From assembly GCA_964527775.1 (NCBI GenBank), contig CAZGQS010000009.1, forward strand, positions 3,416-67,415: 64,000 bases of DNA. Direction: 5' to 3'. Under the pieces are notes generated by a model that searched no databases, was not told the origin of the DNA, and was given only the letters and a program-made list of their open reading frames with translations. Numbering within the stretch: the stretch's first letter is position 1; the number at the start of each line of letters is the position of its first letter. The DNA comes from an uncultured Rhizobium sp. Its GTDB lineage: Bacteria; Bacteroidota; Bacteroidia; NS11-12g; UBA955. Both the position numbers and the translations under genes were made by a program. This document shows, one piece after another, positions 1-7,824 of the stretch.

Positions 1-3000
1 AAGGACAACTTCCAATTTTGAACAGAGCATTGAAGAATGAAACAGTTATTGGTTTGTTACCAACAGGTGGCGGTAAATCTTTAACTTATCAATTAGCAGC
101 ATTGTTGCAACCAGGAATTACTATCATCATCGACCCCATTCGCTCTCTAATGGTTGATCAGTATGAAGGGTTGCTAGACATTGGCATTGACAAATGCGAT
201 TTCATCAATTCAATCTTGACAAGAGAAGAAAAAGTTTTTGTTCAAAATAAAGTTTTGCCTCACGGCAAAACTCAATTTCTTTTTTGTTCTCCTGAAAGAT
301 TGGTTATTCAAGAATTCAGAGAGGCGCTGAAAAAAACAAATGAGAACGGTTTTTTCTTTTCCTATTGCGTGATTGATGAAGCACATTGCGTTTCCGAGTG
401 GGGCCATGATTTTAGAACACCATATTTAAACTTAGGGGAAAATGCAATTAGACATTGCTATACTAAAGACACAAAAATTGAAATTGAAGAAGGGTTAGAA
501 GTAATTCATAATCCAATTCCAATTTTCGGTTTGACAGCAACAGCTTCCTTTGATGTTTTGTCAGACATTGAAAGAGAATTGAAATTAAAACGTAATGACG
601 GCAAGGCCGTCATTCGTTATGAGAACGCAGTACGAGATGAAATAAACTACCAAATACATCCAATAACCATTATTGCTGAAAATGGTGTGCAAGTCAATAA
701 AAAAACAGTAGGTGAAAAAAAATTGCAGCGAACGCAAACAATTATAAATCACATCAATGAACCAGATAAACTGCTATTAAAATACAATAGCCCGAATGTG
801 TATTCGGAAATTTTACAAAAGACATATAGGGATTATTTGCCCAATGCAGAACAATCTGTAATCACTGAAACAGAATTTATTGAAAGCAATACGGACAGAA
901 TAATATTAAGCTTTGAAAACGATTTGCCATTTCAGAAAAGCGACAAAGAAAAATTCAATTACGGTGTAATTATTTTTTGTCCTCATAAGACAAGTGAATT
1001 GGGAGTAGAAACATATGTTCAACAATTGCAGTCGGCAAACGACAAAATAGTTTACTTCAAAGGAAATGGAAACTCACTTGATAAAGACGAGCATGACAAA
1101 CTATCATTTGATAATTTAAAATTGTTTAAAGAAAATGACGCATCAGTAATGGTAGCTACGAAAGCATTTGGAATGGGAATAGACAAACCAAATGTTCGCT
1201 TGACAATTCACAGCAACATATCTTCGTCAATTGAGTCTTTTGTTCAAGAAAGCGGAAGAGCAGGAAGAGACGGAAAAACTTCTTTGTCAATAATTCTTTA
1301 CAATAACCAAATTAACAGAGACAGAGAGGTTTTAGACCATTTCTATAAAACATCATTCAAAGGTGCTGATAAAGAACGAAGTATAATTTGGGAATTGAGA
1401 AACAAAATAACTTTCCCAAACATTACAAACTTGCGATTGCTGAGTGATAGACTAAGCGAAGTATTTGACGAGGAATTGAATTTGAAATTAGGAGGAATCA
1501 CAAAAGGTAAACAAGGCGAACCCGATAGAGATTGGACACATATAATATTCATTAAAAACAGTCAAGATGTTAATATCGGTTGGATTAACATTGAAAATAA
1601 AACAACAACAAATTTTGCAAGCAGAGAATTAGCAAATGAATATCTTGAAATTATAAATTCATTTATTCCTAATTTTCAAACGATAAGCAAAGAGGAAATA
1701 AGAATTTTCTTAAATTTAAAAACAGCCAACACTGACGCACATACAGGACTTGAAAAAATATTAAGTGATATTGACTTTGACTTCTCATTGCCAATAGTAA
1801 TTCCCTTCAAGAATATGTTTTTCAGCAAAGGGGAAAAAGGCAGTTCTGAAATTACAGACGAGTTTGCATTTGAAAAACACTACGACTATTTCAAACAGAG
1901 CCTTCAAATGCAATCGATATTGAAAAATAACGGAATTAACGAATCTGACTTGAAAAGTAAATTCAAAGACGCAATTAAATGGGATAATAGTTATGAGGAC
2001 TTTATAAATGGTTTGCCTTTGACAAATGAAGAAGATAGATCTCTTTTACTTGAAACGGCAATGATGAAGGTTAAGTATTACATACCAAGAAACGAAGACG
2101 ACACCGCCAAAGCCATCTATCGACTTACGAGTATCAATATTATTGACACTTACACAATAGAATATCAACAACAGGTTTACAAGGTTAAACTCAGTAAGAA
2201 ATCAGATAAACAGTATTTTGACAATTACCAATCCTTAGTTGAAAGATATACTTCAAAAGAAGAAGCACGAAAGCTAAGAGAGAAATGCGAACTCGATTTA
2301 TATGAGAATGAAAAATCAACAGTAATAAGTAAGTGTTTGGAGCATCTAACAAATTTCATTTACGATAAAATTGCTGACAAACGAAAACGAGCAATTGATG
2401 ATATGGTTAGTTTGTGTGATGAAACAATTGGGATTTCAGACCCAATTGAGCAATCAAAAAAAATCAAAGACAACATCTACTATTATTTCAATGCCAAATA
2501 TTCAAGAGAGGGAAATGTTGCACAAACAGAAACTGGGGATATTATTGATGCAGATTTGAATAAAGATTTTGTTTATAATTTGCCGATTGAAGAAACCGTT
2601 TGGAAATACATTGAAAAGATTATTGACTTTGATGATAATGGAGCACAAGTAAACAACATAAAACATTTGCGGGGTGCGACAATGCGAATGTTGAGAGGGA
2701 CTAGCGGAGCGCCTCAATTTAACATCTTGAAATCATATTCACTTTATCTTCTTTCACCAAACTCACCACAGTTGGTTACAGAAGCGATTGAAGAATTGAA
2801 AATTGGAATCAATAGCTGGAGTGAACTTGAACCAGATACTTTTATCTTTGAAAAGTTCTTTTTGCGGTTTAAAGAAAATATCAAAAAACACACCGGAGAA
2901 ATTCATGATGAATTATTTGGTGATGTTGATGACGACTACTACACAACAAAGAATTTGAATTGGCTCAATAAGTTCAACCATAGATTTTTAATAGATTATA

Positions 3001-3026
3001 ATAATGCCATCACAACAAGTAATTGA
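1..3026 (+). CDS. RecQ-family (DEAH) superfamily-2 helicase with an approximately 560-aa uncharacterised C-terminal region. It is 5'-partial: the reading frame is open to the window edge, and the Walker A motif lies only about 20 codons from position 18.
   Basis: The RecQ helicase motifs are present in order: motif I LLPTGGGKSLTYQLAAL, motif II CVIDEAHCVSEWGHDFRTPY, motif III IFGLTATAS, motif IV/V GVIIFCPHKTS...VMVATKAFGMGIDKPNVRLTIH, and motif VI QESGRAGRDG. There is no Cys4 RQC zinc motif and no obvious HRDC domain after motif VI. The frame has no stop codon between positions 3 and 17, so the true start lies upstream of the window. Confidence 0.7.
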   Translation, partial: GQLPILNRALKNETVIGLLPTGGGKSLTYQLAALLQPGITIIIDPIRSLMVDQYEGLLDIGIDKCDFINSILTREEKVFVQNKVLPHGKTQFLFCSPERLVIQEFREALKKTNENGFFFSYCVIDEAHCVSEWGHDFRTPYLNLGENAIRHCYTKDTKIEIEEGLEVIHNPIPIFGLTATASFDVLSDIERELKLKRNDGKAVIRYENAVRDEINYQIHPITIIAENGVQVNKKTVGEKKLQRTQTIINHINEPDKLLLKYNSPNVYSEILQKTYRDYLPNAEQSVITETEFIESNTDRIILSFENDLPFQKSDKEKFNYGVIIFCPHKTSELGVETYVQQLQSANDKIVYFKGNGNSLDKDEHDKLSFDNLKLFKENDASVMVATKAFGMGIDKPNVRLTIHSNISSSIESFVQESGRAGRDGKTSLSIILYNNQINRDREVLDHFYKTSFKGADKERSIIWELRNKITFPNITNLRLLSDRLSEVFDEELNLKLGGITKGKQGEPDRDWTHIIFIKNSQDVNIGWINIENKTTTNFASRELANEYLEIINSFIPNFQTISKEEIRIFLNLKTANTDAHTGLEKILSDIDFDFSLPIVIPFKNMFFSKGEKGSSEITDEFAFEKHYDYFKQSLQMQSILKNNGINESDLKSKFKDAIKWDNSYEDFINGLPLTNEEDRSLLLETAMMKVKYYIPRNEDDTAKAIYRLTSINIIDTYTIEYQQQVYKVKLSKKSDKQYFDNYQSLVERYTSKEEARKLREKCELDLYENEKSTVISKCLEHLTNFIYDKIADKRKRAIDDMVSLCDETIGISDPIEQSKKIKDNIYYYFNAKYSREGNVAQTETGDIIDADLNKDFVYNLPIEETVWKYIEKIIDFDDNGAQVNNIKHLRGATMRMLRGTSGAPQFNILKSYSLYLLSPNSPQLVTEAIEELKIGINSWSELEPDTFIFEKFFLRFKENIKKHTGEIHDELFGDVDDDYYTTKNLNWLNKFNHRFLIDYNNAITTSN

Positions 3027-3705
3027 AAAATTAGAAAAACTTCAAATCGAACTTGAAACAGTTTCTGTTGCAATAAATCATATCGAGGATGCATCTAAGG
3101 TTGCTAAGTCATCCGCTGATATATTGAATAAAATCCCCGAATTGCTTACTGAATTAAAATCAGTTGAGGAAAAACACCGCGAAGATTTACAACAAGCTCT
3201 CAAAGAAAAAATAGATGCTATTGAAAAACAATTGCAATTATTATTGACCGAGTTAAAAGACAAAGTCAAGCAAGTAAACCAACTCATAGAGGATACAAAG
3301 AAATTAGAGATAGCAATTAATGAGTACGTATTAGAAGTGAGGAAGATAAATTTCCCGGAAAGATTAGACAAAATTGACAACCAAATTTCATCAATCAATA
3401 TTGGAGTTGGTAATCTTCAAACAACTATTCAGCGTTCACACGAAAAAATCGAAAAGGGATTTGAAGACACCAACCAAAATTTAAAAATCGGCTTTTCCTC
3501 TAACAATGAGAGTATCAAACGATCTCAGGAGAAGGTTACTTCTGATTTATTGTCACTTGCAAACGACAAGACATCTGAAATTATTCAAAAATTAACAGAA
3601 CAAAACCAGTTGTTGAAAAACGAAGTCACAACAAACAGAATAATTCAGATTGTGGGACTAACAATAATTTCAATCATTCTCATTTATGTTGCAGTCAAGA
3701 ACTAA
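3004..3705 (+). CDS. Coiled-coil protein with a single C-terminal transmembrane anchor, translationally coupled to the upstream helicase gene (23-nt overlap)
   Basis: Heptad-rich, charged sequence (EKLEKLQIELETV..., KQLQLLLTELKDKVKQVNQLIEDTKKLEIA) ends in a hydrophobic stretch IIQIVGLTIISIILIYVAV. The ATG at 3004 overlaps the stop of the helicase ORF at 3026. Confidence 0.45.
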   Translation: MPSQQVIEKLEKLQIELETVSVAINHIEDASKVAKSSADILNKIPELLTELKSVEEKHREDLQQALKEKIDAIEKQLQLLLTELKDKVKQVNQLIEDTKKLEIAINEYVLEVRKINFPERLDKIDNQISSINIGVGNLQTTIQRSHEKIEKGFEDTNQNLKIGFSSNNESIKRSQEKVTSDLLSLANDKTSEIIQKLTEQNQLLKNEVTTNRIIQIVGLTIISIILIYVAVKN

Positions 3706-3762
3706 CGTCTGGGCAATTGTAAGTAAATTTTATTTTTTTCAATAGTCAATTAAGGGGCTATC

Positions 3763-3836
3763 TATAATACTCCCTGAATCTTGGACCAGTGGTGTGGTTG
3801 AATAATTGAGTCCAACAACTGGGGAGTATTATAATC
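3763..3836. mobile_element. 74-bp MITE-like element: a pair of imperfect terminal inverted repeats related to the ends of the degraded IS3-family element at 6953-7796
   Basis: TATAATACTCCCTGAATCTTGGACCAG (3763-3789) is mirrored by ...CCAACAACTGGGGAGTATTATA (3811-3836). The same TATAATACTCCCTGAATCCTGGACCAG terminus recurs at 6953 and, inverted, at 7785-7796. Confidence 0.5.
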
Positions 3837-3927
3837 TGTTTCGCAATTAATTATCTAAGACAGGTAAATTTGAGTATGTCAAAATATCGTAAACATTAGA
3901 GCAAAGTAATCATAATTAAAAAAAATC

Positions 3928-4290
3928 ATGAACTTGAATTTTATTTTCGAATCTTCCGACCATCTTCGTTATGAAAATGGCAAAATAGTTTCAGGGCCGC
4001 ATGGTGGTGCGCCAAGAGCAGTAAAAGTAGAGCCAAACATCAGTGGCAATGAAGGCCTAACTGTTACAATGTTTAATACAGACGGGCAATTTGTAACTCA
4101 AATGGCTCCTAAGCAAATGAAAATAATCCAACAAACCGAGGAAAAGGTAGTTCTTCGCGGTTACGGACAAGATATGATGGGCCAATCATTTGATGACTAT
4201 GGTTTAACTATTTATTTTAATAATAAACAAGTCTCAAAATGTATTTTGCACATGCACGACAGGAATATTGATATTGAATATTTACCTTAA
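3928..4290 (+). CDS. Hypothetical protein (120 aa)
   Basis: ORF in the AT-rich accessory region; no recognisable motifs. Confidence 0.3.
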   Translation: MNLNFIFESSDHLRYENGKIVSGPHGGAPRAVKVEPNISGNEGLTVTMFNTDGQFVTQMAPKQMKIIQQTEEKVVLRGYGQDMMGQSFDDYGLTIYFNNKQVSKCILHMHDRNIDIEYLP

Positions 4291-4455
4291 AAAAATTTAA
4301 TGAGCCAAACGAAAAACATAACAGAACAAAGCATGACTCATTTAATGACAATAAAAGGAAATTTAAACGTTAGTGAAATCGAAGCTGAATTAATTAACTT
4401 AATTAGTTACTTAATTCTTCGTCAATCTTTTGAGATTTGATGGAAATTAGATTAT

Positions 4456-4677
4456 TTGGATGATAATAAAATTCAAGAAGTTATTAATAATAATGAAGAT
4501 GCTATGGACGAGGTAACTGATACTGCGCAAAGATTATTTTCAGGGGAATATACGCAAAATCATGCTTTATTTGGAATGCAAGTCGTTATAATGAATTTGA
4601 AATTAATGACCACCATTGATTATTCAGAATATTTAAAAAATTACTTTTCTATTACTCATAAAGTGACAATAAAATGA
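4456..4677 (+). CDS. Hypothetical small acidic protein (73 aa)
   Basis: Short ORF with no motifs; the coding call is tentative. Confidence 0.2.
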   Translation: MDDNKIQEVINNNEDAMDEVTDTAQRLFSGEYTQNHALFGMQVVIMNLKLMTTIDYSEYLKNYFSITHKVTIK

Positions 4678-4835
4678 TTTTACAGTGCATACTGACTATT
4701 AGTGATTTATTTTTTCCGTTGCACGCTTAACGTGATTTTAAAAAATCAAAATAGTGTAAAAAAAATTATTTGTGATAGTTAGTTTAATAATTATCACATT
4801 TTTATTAAGTAAAATTTTAAGTTAAATAAAAAAAT

Positions 4836-5462
4836 ATGACAAAGACAATTAGTGAAATTTTAGCAATAATTGAAAATGAAAAAGCTCGCAATCTTGGTTC
4901 TGCAGATTTTCTAAAAATGATAAATTTAAGATTTTTAAACACTCAACAAAACATTATTGACCAGGCAAATCAATATGTTCACGATGGATTAAATGCTTTT
5001 CAAAACGATCAAAATGAGATAGCCAAAATATACTATCAAAAAGCTATTGATTTATTTCCAACATGTAATTCTTATTTTTTATTGTCAATGGTAGAATATG
5101 ACGAAGGTAATTATTATCAAGCTTGGCGTTGGTCTATTGCGGCATCGATGTTTATTAATAAAGCTGAGTTTAATTATTGGAACGCAATCCTGTTAAGAAA
5201 TTTTTGTGTTTTAAACTTGCTTTCCACGAACAACGAAGATTGGCAGAATCAACAAAACAATTTGCATGGAATTATAAAGGATTACATAATTCCTAATTTC
5301 GAATTCTATGAAACTCAAAGAAAAAATTATGGATTAACAGAACTATTTAAAACTGAATTTGAGAATTTAGAAATAGATAAAAATACAATACAATCTTTGC
5401 TTCCTCCAATTGGTTGGATATACAATTTTATCCAAGATAATAAAACTGAACTTCCGAATTAA
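4836..5462 (+). CDS. Hypothetical protein, possibly with TPR-like helical repeats
   Basis: The segment YYQKAIDLFPTCNSYFLLSMVEYDEGNYYQAWRWSIAA resembles a TPR-like helical hairpin. A 7-bp inverted repeat sits upstream at 4771-4798. Confidence 0.4.
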   Translation: MTKTISEILAIIENEKARNLGSADFLKMINLRFLNTQQNIIDQANQYVHDGLNAFQNDQNEIAKIYYQKAIDLFPTCNSYFLLSMVEYDEGNYYQAWRWSIAASMFINKAEFNYWNAILLRNFCVLNLLSTNNEDWQNQQNNLHGIIKDYIIPNFEFYETQRKNYGLTELFKTEFENLEIDKNTIQSLLPPIGWIYNFIQDNKTELPN

Positions 5463-5569
5463 TTACATAATTAGCAGTCTTATTCGAATATTATATTAAA
5501 AGCAAAATGTACGAAAATACAAAAAATGGGAATAGATGTAACATATTAGAATAAATAAAAATAAAAACT

Positions 5570-6883
5570 ATGGATTTTTCATTTCACATACAACAAGGAC
5601 AAAAACTATTAGAAAAGAAAGATGCTATTTTAGTCAAAAAAGCTCTTGAACATTTCATAAAAGCCAATGAAATGACCGATGAAGAAGATATTGGAAAACC
5701 AAAAATACTGTATCTATTAGCATTTGGAAATTTAATAATTGGACAGATCGAACAATCATATAGACTTGCATTTAAAGCGAAACGTAGTATAGATGTAGCT
5801 ATTGAAAACAGTATCTTTTCAATGAATAATATGCGACAAATGCTTGGAGAAAATGATATTGATGCTTTGATCCATCATATTGAAGAAAAATATGCTCAAG
5901 TTGTTTATCAAATAGATACAGAAGATGACAATTTTGACGAAAATGTTTTAGATTTTTCACATATTAGTCAAATGTATCCATCTGTTGTCACTAAAGATAT
6001 AGAGCCAGAATTTTCAATTAACGAAACGGAATTGGCTAAAATGAGCTTTACTGAACATTCTGCACTTTCTAAAAAATGTGCAGAAAATGGTGATCTTGAA
6101 TCTCTTTTAACAATTTCAAAGTATCGCTTTATACATGGTTCAGCGGGAACAAATGAATTTGATTTCCCCATTATGTGTTATTATTATGGACGGTTATCCA
6201 GGATTGAAGAATTAAAAGAGTTATTAATCGAAAAACAATTCCATTTGTTTTTACTGCCAGATTCTTGCAAAGAATTAGCCCAAAATTTACTAAATATTGG
6301 TTTGAAATTTCCACATTTAAACGAACAAGAAATTTCTTACCTTCAACAAAAATACTGTGACTCCAAAACTTACCAAGTGTTAGACGCCATTATGTTCGAC
6401 AGCGATAAACTTTCAAGACCAATTAAAAAATTTGATACTAATTTACTGCGAACTAAAAACACTGAATTTTCAAGGGATTTATTGCTGGATGTCTTTAGCC
6501 ACTTTTCAGCAAATGAGGACCTTGATGACGGATATTCTGAACTTTATGTATATAGTCGAATTAAAAATAATATTATTCGCAAAAAACATGAACACGTTGG
6601 CTTGGGAGAATATTGCATATTCGATCCAATTCTTTCAAATGAATTCTATAACATTTTGAAGAGAAAATACGGAATAGAATGCGCAGATTATTTCGCAGAA
6701 ATACTTTCCTCAGATGACGACTTAGAGAGTTTTAAAACAGATGACTTTTACATTCTTGATGCAAAAAGAATAGAAGACGTAGCGAATGACTATTTTCAAA
6801 ATCCTTCTAAAGTTGAAGACTTGAAGATTGAAATTGCTCAACTATGGCTAAATAAAATTAACTCACGTGAAATAAAATTATAG
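5570..6883 (+). CDS. Hypothetical protein (437 aa) with a helical-repeat N-terminus
   Basis: Long ORF ending 70 bp before the IS-end repeat at 6953; no catalytic motifs recognised. Confidence 0.4.
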   Translation: MDFSFHIQQGQKLLEKKDAILVKKALEHFIKANEMTDEEDIGKPKILYLLAFGNLIIGQIEQSYRLAFKAKRSIDVAIENSIFSMNNMRQMLGENDIDALIHHIEEKYAQVVYQIDTEDDNFDENVLDFSHISQMYPSVVTKDIEPEFSINETELAKMSFTEHSALSKKCAENGDLESLLTISKYRFIHGSAGTNEFDFPIMCYYYGRLSRIEELKELLIEKQFHLFLLPDSCKELAQNLLNIGLKFPHLNEQEISYLQQKYCDSKTYQVLDAIMFDSDKLSRPIKKFDTNLLRTKNTEFSRDLLLDVFSHFSANEDLDDGYSELYVYSRIKNNIIRKKHEHVGLGEYCIFDPILSNEFYNILKRKYGIECADYFAEILSSDDDLESFKTDDFYILDAKRIEDVANDYFQNPSKVEDLKIEIAQLWLNKINSREIKL

Positions 6884-7017
6884 CTAAAAGCTAAAAATCA
6901 CGAGAATACATATTATATCAGTGCTGTCCGGTTAACTTTTTTTCAATCCCTTTATAATACTCCCTGAATCCTGGACCAGAAGTTTAGTTAAAAAATCACT
7001 TAATTTGACTAAACGAT

Positions 7018-7194
7018 ATGACCAAACAAACCCGACGCAAATTCACGCCTGAATTCAAGGCAAACGTTGCATTAGAAGCAGCCAAAGACCAAATCACCTT
7101 GGCTCAGTTGTCGCAAAAATTTGAAGTAAACGCTGTAACCATTTCAAAGTGTAAATCAGAGTTTTTGGCGAATTTTATCCAGTTCGAATTTTAG
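7018..7194 (+). pseudogene. IS3-family transposase OrfA N-terminal fragment (helix-turn-helix region), truncated
   Basis: The translation MTKQTRRKFTPEFKANVALEAAKDQITLAQLSQKFEVNAVTISKCKSEFLANFIQFEF* matches the conserved IS3/IS150 OrfA N-terminus (...RRKFTPEFKAKVALEA...LAQ...V....IS.WKKEFL). The conserved Trp is replaced by Cys and the frame terminates early. Confidence 0.6.
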
Positions 7195-7465
7195 GTTCAC
7201 TTACATTTCCAATGTAAAAGAAACGGAAAATAGCGAACCAGAGGTGCCTGTGGAGAAGCTTCATTATGCGCAAATTGGCAAGATCAAAGTAGAGCTAGAC
7301 TTTCTAAAAAAAAGTGCAAAGAAATTGGGAATACCCGAGAGCGAATAGAAGCCGTCAAACTGAAACGAAGTCCCACTTCGCAGACAATGCGAATTGCTTT
7401 GTATTCCACGCAGTTCGTTGTACTATGCACCAATACCTGAAAAGCCTGAGAATCTGAAGATGATG

Positions 7466-7720
7466 TCATTGATGGATAAATACTTAACATACCATCCCAC
7501 AGAAGGGGTTTTATCGATGGTGGAAAAGGACGTGCAACAGACAATATTTTGATCGAGAGCTTCTGGAAAACTATCAAATACAATCACATTTACCTCAATC
7601 TTTGCGATACAGGTCTTGAACTATTTAAGGAGTTCAGAACTATATCAAGTGTTATAACTAGAAAAAACACCAAGGCATTGGGATGAAACCCAATAATGCA
7701 TATTACAAATCTTTAAAACA
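7466..7720 (+). pseudogene. IS3-family transposase OrfB (DDE integrase) C-terminal fragment, frameshifted
   Basis: The fragments ...GKGRATDNILIESFWKTIKYNHIYLNLCDTGLELFKEFRTI... and ...KNTKALG.NP match the ESFWKTLK...Y.T..E...I..YI..YN..R.HQALG tail of IS3 OrfB, interrupted by stop codons. Confidence 0.5.
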
Positions 7721-7824
7721 AAATGCTGCCTAATACAGCGCAAAATATTAAATTAGCATCAATAACCTTTGGGCCCGACAACTAGGGAGTATTATAGTAT
7801 TTTACATGCAACCAAAATAGTTAG

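Larger units (their letters stand above)
6953..7796 (+). mobile_element. Degraded IS3-family insertion sequence (about 0.84 kb, internally deleted) bounded by imperfect terminal inverted repeats
   Basis: The left end TATAATACTCCCTGAATCCTGGACCAG (6953-) and the inverted right end GGGAGTATTATA (7785-7796) bound the element. Internally there is an orfA-like start, MTKQTRRKFTPEFKANVALEAAKDQITLAQLSQKFEVNAVTISKCKSEFL, and an orfB-like C-terminus, ...DNILIESFWKTIKYNHIYLN...KALG, both broken by stops and frameshifts. Confidence 0.6.

Noticed and set aside
2371-2717. Small ORFs nested inside or antisense to the RecQ-like gene, and similar nested ORFs throughout the track
   Set aside because: They are fully contained in longer, motif-bearing ORFs on the same or the opposite strand. 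I found no independent support for them.
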